Source: Octopus bimaculoides
Taxonomy: Eukaryota
Direction of reading: 5' to 3'
Length of the DNA stretch: 64,000 nt
Assembly: GCF_001194135.2 (NCBI RefSeq)
Contig: NC_068993.1
Coordinates: 45,097,431-45,161,430, forward strand
A program made the position numbers and the translations under genes. Under the pieces are notes generated by a model, which was not told where the DNA came from, did no database searches, and saw only the letters and a program-made list of their open reading frames with translations. This document shows, piece after piece, positions 13,634-28,131 of this stretch; the first letter of the stretch is position 1, and every line of letters starts with the position of its first letter.

Positions 13634-16131
13634 GTAAGTATTATGCAAATGAATTCAAATGCCCTTGTTTAGTATTCAGACTTAATCTCATGTATTATTT
13701 GTCCCCTGGAACATTCTGGTTTAGCCCTTTAGTATTCAAATTACTTTGTCTTGTATAATGTTTATTTATTCACATGGGTTTGAATTAGTCATACATTATC
13801 TTGTAGCTTTGAAATTTCAATGATGTGTTTATTTTTAGAATAATACTGTAGGGTAAGTGGTGCGAGGGGCCAGATCTGGTCAGTTTGAACATTAAACAGG
13901 TAGAATATTTGAGCCAGATCTGGCTGGTTTTAAATGCTAAAGAATTAATGACATTGCTAGTCAAACACTTTTTCTAGTTGAATAGGACTGAATACTCTGC
14001 ATATTCCTGGCTACACTACCCTCGATGTGAAGTGTAAGGGAGAGAGAGAGAGAGTGTGTGTATGTGTGTGATGGAATGGATGGGGTGATACAGGGAAATT
14101 TGTGAAACTTGCCAAAATATGTATCATTGTTTATAGATACAAACCACTTTATGGTTTGCAGCTGTGTTTGAATACTTCAAGCAGAGTTACTGCTTTTTTC
14201 CCCCCATCTTCTTCTCTCTTAGATATATGTATCCTTCTTGTAGTTATTGAATACCACAGATGCAGACATAGCTATGCGGTTAAGAAGTTTGCTTTGTAAG
14301 AATGTGATTTTGGGTTCAGTCCCACTGTGCAACACCTTGGACAATATGGCTTCCAGGTTGACTAATGCTTTCTGAATGAAATTAGTTGATTGAATCTGTA
14401 TGAAAGCCCATTCTGTGTATGATTTGTGTGCTTGCTTACATTCTATGAATACTTAAGCGAAAGTTATATGTTGATATTAAACCTGTGTGTGTGTACCTTT
14501 GTGTATGTGCTTACATTCTATGATGTCCTCATGAAATTTTATAAGCAGCAACTTCATGTTGACTTCCCCTGTCAACAAATTGCCCCTGTAGCTTCTTGCT
14601 CTTGAAGACAAGTGGAATAAATATCCCTTGCATGAAAAATTTTGAAGGATTAGTGACAAAAAGGACATCCAGCTGTAAAATAATGCCTTGTGAATAAGGC
14701 CTCATCCAACATGTGCTTGCATAGGAAAATAGGACATTAAACGAAACCCAGGAATTATAAATTTTGTTGTCCCTACATATAAAACTAAATTTGTCATCAT
14801 TGAGGTCCAATAACTATTACACTTGATACACCACACAGAGGAAACATTTTTAGATTGAACTTGCTTCTTGCAATTTGTTGCATGGACACAACTAATGATA
14901 ACAAATCAATCCCTCTCTCTCTCTCTCTGGGAGAAAGGCATAAGCACATACACAGACATATACACACACGGCAGTAACTTCCGCCTACCAAATTCAATCA
15001 CAAAGCTTTGGTCGGCTCGGGGCTATAGCAGAAGACACTTGCCCAAGGTGCCACGCGGTGGGACTGAACCCGACCCTTTTGATAACAACCCATTTGACAC
15101 TGTCCTTGAGCCTTTGATACGAACTTCCTCTCTTAAAATGATTTAAATTAAAAGTTTCCATCAAAACTTCCCAAACACCAGCTTAACAATGACAGAATTA
15201 TTTTAAGAAGTTCTTCATTATTTTGAAGAATTCAATGAAACAAAGGCAGTGGATTTCAAGGAAAATTTGGTAACATAACAAATATATATGAAACTTTGTT
15301 TAACTTCTGTCCTTAGTGGTTTTGAAAACATGCAAACTTAAATCATAAAATATATGATTATGCAACTAACTCCCACTCCCTAAAATTACTGACCTTGTAC
15401 CAAAATTTGAAACCATTTTTATTACTGTTCATCATCATCATCATCATTCAACATCTGTTGTCCATGCTGGCATGGGTTGGTAAAAATTTTATTATGCAGG
15501 AATAAAGAGTCACCAGTTGAGTAAGGTATGGCAAACCTCGCAGAGACTACAACGCAAAAGGACTTTTCACTTAGTATGTTGCTGAGACCCCCTTCAGTCA
15601 TGACTAACCATGGGATTGCACCTGGAAAGTTACCCTCCCAGGCACAAGTCTGGGCAAGGTTGTTTATGGAAGACCAGCAGTCGCCCATGCATACCGGCCT
15701 CCCCTCTCCACGCCACCAGTGCTATCCAAGGGAAAGGCAAAGGCAAGAGCTTGGCACTTGTGACATCACAACTCATTTCTACAGCTGAGTGAACTGGAGT
15801 AACGTGAAATAAAGTGTCTTGCTCAAGAACACAACATGCAGTCTGGTCTGGGATTCGAACTCACAACCTCACAATCGTAAGCTCGACACTCTAACCAGTG
15901 AGCCATGTGCCTTCACGACGCAGTATGTAGAATATGCAATATTGACATTCATTCATACACAAAACAAAATCAACAACAAAACTTTATCACTCATTCTTGG
16001 ACAAGAAACCTTTGTTTAAAACATTAAATATCACCATGATGCATGCAAACTGATTTCTTAAATTTTGTAAAATATCATACTGTTATTAGATATAAACTAT
16101 TTATTTTCAAATGTCTTTATTCTCTTTTCAG

Positions 16132-16337
16132 CTTGCAATGAAGGATTTGAAGAAAATTTGTCTGAGAGTTTTGTTTAACCAAACAATTGTTGCCCTGCCA
16201 ATGAGCTTTTGTACTTGCTTAGTTATGAAATGGAGAGGATGTCCTGTTAGTGGAGACCTGCCAACATTTCAGTGGGTTCTCTTGGAAATTGCCGTATTCA
16301 CTCTTATTGAAGAACTGGGATTTTACTACTCCCACAG
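16132..16337 (+). CDS. FAXDC2: FAXDC2 coding exon 4
   Basis: cttttcag|CTT...AG|gtaag. Encodes ...VLFNQ...LPTFQWVLLEIAVFTLIEELGFYYSH(R), the start of the first histidine box. Confidence 0.95.
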
Positions 16338-18149
16338 GTAAGTACCTGTTACCTTGTACTCGTTTCAGTCATTGGATTTTGGTCAAGCTGGGGCACTGCC
16401 TTGAAGGATTTAGTTGAACAAATTGCTCCCAGTACTTATTAAGTCGGGTATTTATTCTGTTGGTCTCTTTGTCAAACTGCTAAGTGACAGGGGCATAAAC
16501 AAACCAACACTAGCTGTCAGGTGGTGATGGAGAATAAACACAAAGATGCACGCATACACACACACACACACACACACATGCAATGGGCTTCCACACAGTT
16601 TCTGCCTACCAAATCACTCTCGGAGCATTGGTCATTTTGAGGTTGTGGTAGAAGACACTTGCCCAAAGAGCTGCACTGCAGGTCTGAACCTGAAACCACA
16701 TGGTTACAGAGCAAGCGTCTTAACCATACAGCCCTGCCTGTAAGTTTTTATGCTTCAAATTTATATACTTTAAGACTGACATGAAAGTTTAATAGACTCT
16801 AGACTTGAATCTCTTACATTTTATAACTGCCAGTTGTAAAAGTGAAATAATTCTGAATTTAAGCAATTTATTTCTTTACTTCTTTTGATGAAGAATGTTC
16901 CAGATCGACATTTTAATATACTTTATGTACTTGAAGTTGAAGTTTCTTTCGTCTGTTAAAAAAATATCTCACAAAGTGCTGAAATATTCAAACTGTTTTT
17001 TCTAAACTCTCAGTTTTTCTCTTAATTTTATTTATTTTTTTCACGATTCTTAATAGACATTTTATACCCCTTGAATTTATCCCAAAATATTTTATCTGCT
17101 GCTTTATTGAAACAGTCTTTTTTTTTTCACCTATTTTTTAGTGTGGATAGCATTTATCTATTAAATAACATTTATAATATATAAAATAAATTTAGTTTCA
17201 GAGAAGACAAAAATAAACTTCATTATAGTAGTTTAGGGTAAAATAACATTGTTCTCAGTTTGATATTATTCTGACAAATCGAAATTATATTTTGGGTGAC
17301 TGTAGTTTTGAACAGCGCGTAAAAAGCATTCAGTTCTCACTGGCATTTGGAAGGGCATCCAGCTGTAAAAACCATGCCAAAACTGACCTTTCCTGTGCTT
17401 GTGCAACATAAAAAGTTCTCTGTCCACTCTGCTGTGTGGTTGGTGTTAGGAAGGGCATTCAGCTGTAAAAACTGCCAAAACAGACACAGGAATCTGGTGC
17501 AGTCTTCTGCCTGGCCAGCTCCTGTCAAACCATTCAACCCATGCCATGATGATGATGATGGTATATACGTATGTGCAGGTATTGCTGAGTGGTTAACAAG
17601 CTTGCTTTCCAATCATGTGATCAGGTTCAGTACCCAGAGCAAATGTCTTCTAATATAGCTCCAGGCTGATCAAAGTCTTGTGAGTGAATTTGGCTTACAG
17701 AAACTGAAAGAAGTCCATCATATGCATGCATGCATGCATACATATACACATACATATGTACCTATGGGTGTGTTCCCCTTTGTCTTGATGTCATAGGATA
17801 AAGGAGCATTTCCATCTACCAGTGGTGTCCCTTGTGTCCAGTCTTCCATGAAAACATATTCAGCTGTGGGAAAATATTACCTGGCTTGAAAACAAAGGCA
17901 TTGGCACATGGAAAATCTGCCTTGACGAATTCCTTCTGACCAATATTAGCATGGAAAAGTGGATGTTAAAATGATGATAATAATGATAATATAAGAAGAT
18001 GAGATGTATCTATCAGCCTATTTTTTGTGGGGTGAGTGTTACCTATATTATGAATGAATGATATACTTTTAAAACTAATTTCTATATCTACTTTTATAAT
18101 TAACTTCAAAAATCAAATCTATTTAATTGCATTTCATTTTTATTTCCAG

Positions 18150-18422
18150 ACTTCTGCATCACCCAGCCTTATACAAATACATTCACAAGATACATCATGA
18201 ATGGACTGCTCCAGTTGGCCTTGTATCTGTCTATGCTCACCCACTTGAACACGTTATGAGTAACATGCTGCCACCAGTTCTTGGACCCATCATTATGGGA
18301 TCTCATCTGGCAACATCTTGGCTGTGGTTCGCTCTGGTTTTGCTGTCCACCACTGTAGCACACAGTGGTTATCATTTCCCCTTTCTCCCATCACCTGAAG
18401 CTCATGATTTTCATCACCTCAA
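18150..18422 (+). CDS. FAXDC2: FAXDC2 coding exon 5
   Basis: tttccag|A...AA|gtgagt. Contains the fatty acid hydroxylase/sterol desaturase His boxes (H)RLLH, HKIHH, YAHPLEH, HSGY and HDFHH. Confidence 0.96.
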
Positions 18423-19033
18423 GTGAGTAAAGTAATTTAGTCATAAGCTCCAGTAATTAACCCCAAAAATGTTTGTTTGGTTGAAATCAAGTACCATATT
18501 TGATGGCGTATAAGACCCACTTTTTTCCACAAAGATAATCTCAAAAAAACCACCCTGGGTCCTATATGTGAAGTTGGGCCTTTTTTACATGCTTTAATGC
18601 ACTAACCATGTGAAGGTGTGTAGCTTAGTGGTTAGGTTATTTGGCTCACTAGCATAAGGTCATGAGTTCAAAAACCGGCGGTGCACTTTGTCCTTAAGCA
18701 AGACACTTTATTTCATGTTGCTCCAGTCCACTCAGCTGGCAGAAATGAGTTGTACCTGTAATTCAAAAGGGGCCAGCCTTGTAACATTCTGTGTCACACT
18801 GAATCTCTCTGAGAACTACATTAAGAGTATGCATGTCTGTGGAGTGCTCAGCCATTTGCACATTAATTTCACAAGAAGGCTGTTCTGTTGATCAGATTAA
18901 CTACAACCCTCATTGTTGTAACCCCTGGAGTGCCAGTTTAATGCACTAAAAACTTCCTTTTGCTAAAATAGGGGTAAGTCTAATATTTCTCTGTGTCTTT
19001 TATGCCATCAAATATGAAAGATATATTGGAGTT

Positions 19034-19199
19034 TAGTTCTATATTTAAGAGATGAGGAATTATGTACATTATTTTCATTATTTACATTTGACAGATATTT
19101 GTCCTCATCTTATTTGTTGTTAACACGGGCATATGGCGTAGTGGTTAAGAGCGCGGGCTACTAACCCCAAGATTCCAAGTTCGATTCCAGGCAGTGACT

Positions 19200-19241
<42 letters not shown>

Positions 19242-19377
19242 TTGAAAAATACCTTGGGAATGAGAATCCAGGTTCGAAATTTCCCCAAGACACCTGATGA
19301 AGGCTGGAGGGTATATCAGCCGAAACATGTTAACAACAAACAAGATGAGGACAAAAATCTGTCAAATGTAAATTATG
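19034..19377 (+). mobile_element. Non-autonomous PLE-associated element (inverted tail + tRNA head + (AAT)n + hammerhead) in FAXDC2 intron 5
   Basis: 12-bp TSD TATATTGGAGTT at 19022-19033 and 19378-19389. A box TGGCGTAGTGG and B box GTTCGATTCC. 19081-19126 is an inverted repeat of the 3' tail. Confidence 0.85.
19289..19335 (+). ncRNA. Hammerhead ribozyme motif, 3' side damaged
   Basis: GACAC-CTGATGA-A-GGCTG-GAGGGTATAT-CAGCC-GAAAC with a perfect 5-bp stem II. A few nucleotides after GAAAC are missing compared with the other copies. Confidence 0.6.
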
Positions 19378-19768
19378 TATATTGGAGTTATATTAGTGAA
19401 GCTATCCCAATTGAATGACTAATGTCTGTATGATACAGTCATTTATCTAATCCAGTAGGCAGTGAGCTGGCAAAAACATTAGCACACCGGGCATAATGCT
19501 TAGTGGTATTTCGTCTGTCTTTATGTTCTGAGTTCAAATTCCGCTGGAGTCGACTTTGCCTTTTATCCTTTTGGGGTCTTTAAATTAAGTACCAGTGAAG
19601 TACTAGGGTCGATCTAATTGACTGGCCTCCTCTCCGAAAATTTAGGGCCTCGTGCCTCGAGTAGAAAATATTTACCTAATCTAGTTATTCTCCTCCCTTA
19701 CTCAAAATCTATTTGCATTCCATCAAAACCAATAATTCTGATCGACCTTTATTTTCAATTCTTATTAG

Positions 19769-19949
19769 GTTCAACCAAAACTATGGCATTCTTGGAGTCC
19801 TTGATCGTCTTCATGGCACCGATAATCTGTTCCGTGCCAGTCCTGCATATGAGCGCCACATTCTTTTGCTTTCTAAGGTACCCATGTCTGTGCAGTACCC
19901 TGATTCTTCACCTAAGAAATCAACCAAGAATGAGGAGAAAACTGAATAA
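19769..19949 (+). CDS. FAXDC2: FAXDC2 coding exon 6 (terminal)
   Basis: ttattag|G; encodes (K)FNQNYGILGVLDRLHGTDNLFRASPAYERHILLLSKVPMSVQYPDSPKK... to TAA at 19947-19949, followed by AATAAA repeats. Confidence 0.95.
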
Positions 19950-20167
19950 ATAAATAAATTAATTAAAAAAAAAACACAAATGAAAATGAAAACACAAAGA
20001 GAAAGCTAAAAACTTTATGAAAAAACTATCCCAGGAGTCTAGAAAACTAATTATATTATTGTTAAATCTTGCTTTCTCTATTCCTCTTAAAATGTGTCCC
20101 AGCACACTCCATTAAAAAAAAAAAAAAGGCATTGCTAGCTCCTGCCATCAGTCATTATCTTGAAATA

Positions 20168-20199
<32 letters not shown>

Positions 20200-20224
20200 A
20201 ATTCCTATATGTGANNNNNNNNNN

Positions 20225-20274
<50 letters not shown>

Positions 20275-22839
20275 ATCGTTATTGCGTTTTTTGATTCTTG
20301 GAAGATCTTTGTTTCATGAAGGATGGTTATGTTTCTGAGATTCTTGGAATCTCTTTTCCATGATAAAAAAAATAGCAGTGGATATGGATTTTAAGAGAGT
20401 GACCAAACTAAATGCATAATACTATTCTGTTTTTGTGTCACTTAGATCCTGACCCAGGCATTGCTCAGATTGATAGCAATACCAGTTATACATTGGTATC
20501 ATATCTGTCAATGAAACTTTCCCACCCACCTCAACTGGCTTTGTACTTTAAAAACAAAAGAAATTTATATTTATGCTTCATGAAATTGACTAAATATATT
20601 TTATTTATTATCTCGTGATATTTTAGATATATATCTATTGGCTTTGTATGAGGTGGGAGGCAATATTTCGTTTTTAAAAACAAAAGTAACCTTGTTTTAC
20701 CTTCTATTAATTTAACATCAAACCCTTTGAAAAGAATAATAATTATTATTACAGTAATGTAGGTCTTGATAATTTAATTAAAGTTTTAGTAATAAATGAT
20801 TTAGTATTGTTTGTCTGTGACATTGAAAAGAATGGCACACATAGGTAGTTCATCTAACTTTAAAAGAAACAGTCTTCCATAGGATAAAAAAAAATGTACC
20901 ACAAAAACAAAATTATGGTATTTTTTTAAAAATGGAAATGAAATTCTTCCATTATGTATGAAAAATTCTAGGATGGCGTGTTGGTTAAAATTATGGATTG
21001 CTGAACTAGAAGTTACATTATAATATTTGGTTTCATCTGTCTATATTCTAAGTTGAAACCCCTATTAAAGTTGTTTTTGGTTTTACAAAGTTGTTTAACA
21101 TGAAGAATATGCTGGAGTCAGTTTGATTAACAATACCTCATCCCTTTATAGATAATTGATCCTGATTCTTGTCATAAGATGTCATTAATTATAAAATAGT
21201 AATTAGAGCAGTATATTGGCAGAATAATTAGTGTCAGAGTAAAATGTCTTGTATTTCTTCTGGCTCTTTAGGTACTGAGTTCAAATCTCACTGTAACCAA
21301 CCAACTTTGATTTTCATCCTTCCAGGGTCAATAAACTAAATGTAAACCATCAGTTGAGAACTGGGGTCATCGTAATTGATTATCCCCTCTTCTCAAATTT
21401 GCAGGCTTTGTGCCTAAATTAAAAATAATTAGCTATAAAAATTGTATGAGAAACAAAAGAAAAAAAAAAGACATTTAGTGTTTTAATTAGAAATATAAAT
21501 TAGCTATTAGCAACAGTAGCTGTGTTTGTAATCAGTAATAATTAGCATGTCCAACTTAAATTGGAATGTGTTATTTAGACTGGCTTAACCTGCTCTGAAT
21601 GTTCAGAGATACTATCTCATTTTGAGCATTAACATGTGGTAGTATCTCTGGATGTTAACAGCTACATGTACCACTGGTGGTTCATCACAAACTTCACACA
21701 ATCACTATAAGCACCACTGGGGGTACATGTTCATAATTTGAGAAAATATTTTATTCTGTATCTTTGACATGGTTTCAAGGATATTTAAATAACATGAGTG
21801 CTAGATATTAAAGTTTAATTACGAAATATTGTAAAAATGCAAAGGAAAAATTTGTAATTAAACAGTATGCTGGGTGACTGGAAATACATAGTGACACTGC
21901 TAAGTTCCATAGTGGTTAACATGTTAAGGTGATCTAAGCAACACATTCAGTTTAAGTTGACCATGCAAATTTTTATGCAATTAAAAATATGTTATTAAAA
22001 AATATAGAAAACAGATAGTAAATTTTAACTCCATGACTATTAATTACATACATATTTTACCTCATTTCAGCCGGTGAGCTGTGGCCATCTTGGGGCTATA
22101 TAAAAAAATATTTAACCATGGAATATATTAGTAGATATTTAGTCATCTTTAGCGTTACAACAACTATATCTTTGTGTTAAGATTATTATGAAGTTATATA
22201 AAATAAGATTTATAAAATATTTACCTGTTTAGTGTATTCATAATCCAAACCCCCACCCACCCACATAAAACCCTACTTTAATAACAGTTAAAATGTAGAT
22301 AGTCTTGTTTTTTCATACATACATATATCCAATATCACCAATATCAATATAATTAGATATAAAACATTGTGGATATTAACAACCTTGATTATTAATATTA
22401 TTAGTAGATTGGCAGAATTGATGCATATTATTGCATATAATGCATTTTGGCAATTAGTTATGGACCCTTTGCTTTCTTTGTTCAAAAATCAATTTTACTG
22501 CTCATCCTCCCATGAGTTAATAAAATAAAGTACCAGCTGAATACTGGGTTGATACACTTCGACTGTTCTTCCTCCAAATTACTGGCCTTACACCTGTTAG
22601 AAATTATTATTATTATTAAGGCGGTAAACTGGCAGAATTGTTAGCATGCTGGACAAAATGCTTAGTGGCATTTCATCCATCTTTATGTTCTGAGTTCAAA
22701 TTCTGTTGAGGTCATTTTTGTCTTTCATCCTTTTGGGGTTGATGAAATAAGTACCAGTTGTGCAATGGGTCAATGTAATTTGACTAGCAACCCTCTGCCA
22801 AAATTTCAGGCCTTGTGCTTATAATAGAAAGAACTATTA

Positions 22840-22870
<31 letters not shown>

Positions 22871-24894
22871 AGTCACTCTATGATCCTTGAAATATAAAAT
22901 TTTACCAGAACGTATTTGTTTTATTGAGACTAACCAGAAACTTTTAGTGGTTTATTTGATTTTTATGACTGTTGTGTTTTAAACATTCTTAAAATAGAAG
23001 ATTACTGAAAAACTAGATTATAGAAATGATTTATGACAATTGCTATCTTTTAGAGGCAAGCAGTCTTAGCAACTTTAGAACTGAAAATATTTTGGTGACC
23101 ATAACATGTGTTCCTGTTTTGATTTTAGTTTGTAGCTATTCTGCTTCATTTATATTACCAGTTCCCTAGGGAAAGATGTGGTTATCAGAACATTATATTG
23201 ATAATTTCATTGACTATTTTTGTTGTTCAAGTACAAGTACCATAGAGTTCGGAGTCTACTCCTTGCTTATAAAAAAATAAAGGCCAGCTAATATCACATA
23301 TAATTTTTCCATACTCTTAAACCTATGTTAATTAGAATGCTAATAAGTGAATTGAATTGATCATTGAGGATTAAGAATATGAAAAGTTTACACATAAAAT
23401 AAGTTAGTTTGCATGTTATGAAATGGTATCAGGGTAATTTCAGTTTGTCAGAATAATATTAAATTGATAACAATGTTATTTTACCATGAACTATTATAAT
23501 GAAGTTTTATTTTTGCCTTTGCTGAAACTATTTTATTTTATATATTATAAATGTTATTTAATAAATAAATGCTATCCACACTAAAAAACAAACAAAAAAA
23601 TGAAGATGAAAATCGACTGTTTCAATAAAACAGCAGATGAAAGAGGATATTGAAGTGGTATAAAACTCTAATAACGTCGATTATTATTTGTAACAAAAAA
23701 AGGAACAATGAAAGAGGAAAAAGATGAGCAGAACTGAGAATTTAGAAGAAACAGTTTGAATATTTCAAAATATATCTAAATGGTGAAATGATCACATAAT
23801 TACCAAGAATTAATGTAAAACAGCAAAAGAAAAAAAAAAATCAAAAAAACAAAGTAATATTAAGATATATATATGCTACTCCCTTCCTGTGTCCAGGTTT
23901 TCCTCATATTAAAAATGGAAAACTTCAGTTTTATCTGAAATGTTTGTGATAAATTGGTGCCTTAGAATAAATATACATTTAGTTCAACATTTTATGACAA
24001 TAATAATGATATTAATGAAAAATATGATTTCATTGAAAATGTAATGATTGTCTGGAAATAAATTGCTTCTATAAAAGAAATGATTTGTTTATTGCTTTTG
24101 TGGGAGTCGGTTGGTAGAAGGCCTGAAATTTTGAGAGAAGGGGTTAGTCAATTACATTGACCCCAGTGCTCAACTGGTTCTTATTTAAAAAGCACGCAGT
24201 ACAATCTGTAAAATAGTTGGTGTTAAGAAGGGCACTCAGCCATAGAAACCATGCCAGAACAGACAATGGAACCTGGTGTAAACACCGACCCCAACAGCTT
24301 TACCAGCTCCTGTCAAACTGTTCAACCCATGCCAGGATGGAAAATGAATGTTAAGTGATAGTGAGGAAGAGAATGAATTCTGTATATCATCATCATTGTC
24401 ATTCTGTCTGTTTTCTCCATGGTGGTTTGAGTTCGATGGGTCTCACAGTAACTTATAATAATGTTTTCAAAATTTGGGACAAGGCCAACAACAATAACTT
24501 ATAATAAAACTCTTCTATACGTTTCAGTCATTTGACTGCAACCATGCTGGAGCACCACCTTTAGTCAAAGAAATCAACTTCAGGACTTAATCTTTGTAAG
24601 CCTAGTACTTATTCTATCAGTCTTTTTTGCCGAACTGCTAATTTTCAGGGACATAAACACACCAACATTGGTTGTCAAGAGATGGTTGGGGGACAAACGA
24701 AGACACACACATAAATATATATGTACACATGATGGGCTCCTTTCAGTTTCCATCTACTAAATCCACTCACAAGGCTTTGGTCGGCCCAAGGCTATAGTAG
24801 AAGATCTTGCCCAAGGGGCCATGTAGTGGAACTGAACCCAGAACCCTGTGGCTGGGAAGCAAGCTTCTTACCACACAGCCAGTCCTGTGCCTAG

Positions 24895-25546
24895 TAATTA
24901 TTTTTTTTCTGCCTCTGGCACAAAGCTAGCAATTTTGAGGAGAATGGATAAGTCAATTACATCAACCCCGGTGTTTGACTGTGCTTACTTTAATGGCCTC
25001 AAAAAGATGAAAGGAAACCACCACCTTGGCAGGATATGAACTTGGAACTGCCACTAAATATTTTATCTAATGCGCAATTGATTGCCAGCTTGCAACTTTT
25101 ATAATAATAATTCTTTTTAAGTTTGGCACAAAGCCAGCAGTTTAAATGGAAGGAGGTTAGTCAGTTACTTCAACTCAAGTGCTCAACTGGTACTTTAATT
25201 TATCAATTCTGAAAAGATGAAAGGCAAAACTGGCCTTGGGAGAATTTGAACTCAGAATGTAAAAGTGCTGGAAGGAAAGCTATTAAGAATTTTCTCCAAT
25301 GTGCTTATAATTCTGCCAAATCACTGCATTAATATAATAATGATAATAATTCTTTCTACTATAGGTACAAGGCCTGAAATTTTGGGAGAAGTGACTAGTC
25401 GATTACGTTGATCCCAGGGCTCAACTGTTGCTTATTTTATCAACCCTGAAAGGATGAAAGACAAAGTCAACCTTAATGTCATTTGCAGAAGAAATGTCGC
25501 CAAGTACTTTGGTATGCTAGTGATTCTGCCAGCTCACTACCACAGC

Positions 25547-25579
<33 letters not shown>

Positions 25580-26004
25580 CCTTTCTACTATAGGCACAAG
25601 ACCTGACAATTTGGGGGAGAGGGCTAGTCAATTTATCAACCCCAGTACTTCACTGGTACTTAATTTTTTGACCCCAAAGGGATGAAAGGCAAAATTTGAA
25701 CTCAACAAAAAGATGTCTTGTGTGCTGACGATTCTGCTAGCTTGCTACCTTAATGATAATAATAATGATTTCAAGTTTTGGCATAAGGCCAGAAAATTTG
25801 AAGGAGTGGGGAAACAGTTTAATAAAATGACCCCAGTGGTCAACTGGTACTTATTTAATTGACCCTGAGAGGATGAAGGACAAAGTCAGCCTCAACAGAA
25901 TTTGAACTCAGAACATAAAGATGGATGAAATTCTACTAAGCATTTTGTCTGGCATGCTAACAACTCTGCCAGCTTGCTTCCTTAATAATAACAACAACAA
26001 CAAC

Positions 26005-26057
<53 letters not shown>

Positions 26058-26310
26058 CAATAACAATAACTATAATAATAATAATAATAATATTCTTTTC
26101 TACTAGAGGTACAAGGCCTTGAATTTTGGGGAAGGGGGCTAGTCGATTGCATTGACCTCAGTATGTAACTGGTACATATTTCATCAACCTCCGAAAGGAT
26201 GAAAGGCAAAGTCAACCTTGGTGGAATTTGAATTCAGAATGTAAAGGCAGATGAAATGCCACTAAGCATTTTGCCTGATGTGCTAATGATTCTGCCAACT
26301 CACCGCCTTA
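24895..26310 (-). repeat. Head-to-tail array of six degenerate family-A SINEs separated by (AAT)n
   Basis: Each ~200-230-bp unit contains GCACAAGGCC...AACTGGTACTT...AAAGGATGAAAGGCAAAG...AATTTGAACTCAGAA...TTCTGCCAGCT and is bounded by AAT tracts. Confidence 0.8.
25985..26090. repeat. Long (AAT)n/(AAC)n microsatellite, representative of the many (CA)n, (TA)n, (GA)n, (GAT)n and (TATG)n tracts
   Basis: Seen directly in the sequence. Confidence 0.95.
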
Positions 26311-27872
26311 ATAATAATAGTAATCTTGTTGCATCCTGTTCTCAATTATTAAACTACATGAAAAAAATGACAGAAGAGGAGACAGGAAACAGCAATAAGT
26401 CAAGTAAAGAAACACAGCAATGAAACCAAAATTGCATGCACAATACGCAGAATAAAAGAGGAAAGCAAAAAAAAAAAGAAAGATAAAAGCAAAATGAACA
26501 GTAAATGAACCATAAAGAGGAAAGGATGCATTTGTATATCAGGATTAGTGTTGGCAAATTTTGGGAAGCATAGAATTTTTGAAAGATGCAATTGACAGCT
26601 GACAACTGGCACAAGTAGTTTATTCTATGATTCAACAATTCTGAGTGCAAAACAAAAAAAAAAAATGGATGTTTGGCTGATTTTTTGATTTTATGAGTAC
26701 GTTATTGAGTACATTATTTGTTATGGTTCATAACATCTATCTCATACAGCATGAGAAAAGACCAGTCAAGTGTGTTATGTATGTCTAAGAATGTGATGGT
26801 GCATGACTTAGTGGTTAAGATATTCAGCTCACGGTTGCAAAGTCGTGAGTTCAATTCCCAGCAACGTGTTGTGTCCTTGAGCAAGACACTTTATTTCACA
26901 TTGTTCCAGTCCACTCAGCTGGCAAAAATGAGTAGTACCTTTATTTCAAAGGGCCAGCCTTGTCGCACTCTGTGTCATGCTGAATCTCCCTGAGAACTAT
27001 ACTAAGGGTACACATTTCTGTGGAGTGCTCAGCCACATACACATTAATTTCACGAGCAGGCTGTTCCATTGATCAGATCAACTGGAACCCTTGTTGTCAT
27101 AACTGATGGAGTGCCAGTCATGTGTAAGAATGTAGACACAGCCCCTTTTATCATACTACCAGCATTAAACAATAAAACCAAACGAACCCTCTACTCTGTA
27201 TCAATTCTCATTTGGAATTACTACCTTCTTTGGTGGGTAGCTTGCATTGTAGTTTGTGGAGTCTCATATCTGATTGGTACATACTATCTTTTGGCATGGT
27301 TACAATAGCTGGATGCTCTTTCTATCACCAACCACTTTACAAAATGTTCTGAGTACATTTTATAGAACCGATATTACTGTAGGAACTATACTATATAGGA
27401 GGTGTGCTACAGAAATCTCCAGTAGTCTGTGTCCTTATTTAAAATTACTGCCCTCCAATAAGGAATGAGATGATTGATCACCACTGTTTTGCATGCTGGT
27501 TAATTGGCATGATTGAATGGACATTGAACCTCTTTTAGTAACTTTTTTGGCACTAGAGGCAAACATACACACATACTTGCTTATGCTTACAGAAATGTAT
27601 ACATACAAATTAAGAGGGAGAGAGAGAGAGAGAGAGAAGGAAGGAGAGAATTGTTTACTAAATTGGGAAACTCATTAAGGACTGACCTGGAAAATGACCA
27701 AGCAGTTTCTCTCTCTCTCTCTCTTTTTCCCCACGTACACACTACATTTTGCTGTTCAACTACGCATTTGATTTAGAATAAAACCCATGACACAGTAAAC
27801 GAAATAACTGCTTTCTCTTAGGAATAATTTCAAACTAACAAGGTTACTGTTGGTACTTTATTAGTCAGCCAG

Positions 27873-27945
<73 letters not shown>

Positions 27946-28094
27946 AAGAAAGAGAGAGAAAGGTGGGATGAAAGAGAATGAGAGAAACATTAAAATGTTT
28001 GATGTCAAATAGACTAGTGTTGAATCTGCAATGCGGCTTGTAGAGCTAAATAGCAACTCTTGTGAATGTTGAATTTTCGGAAATCTGAGTGAAG

Positions 28095-28131
<37 letters not shown>

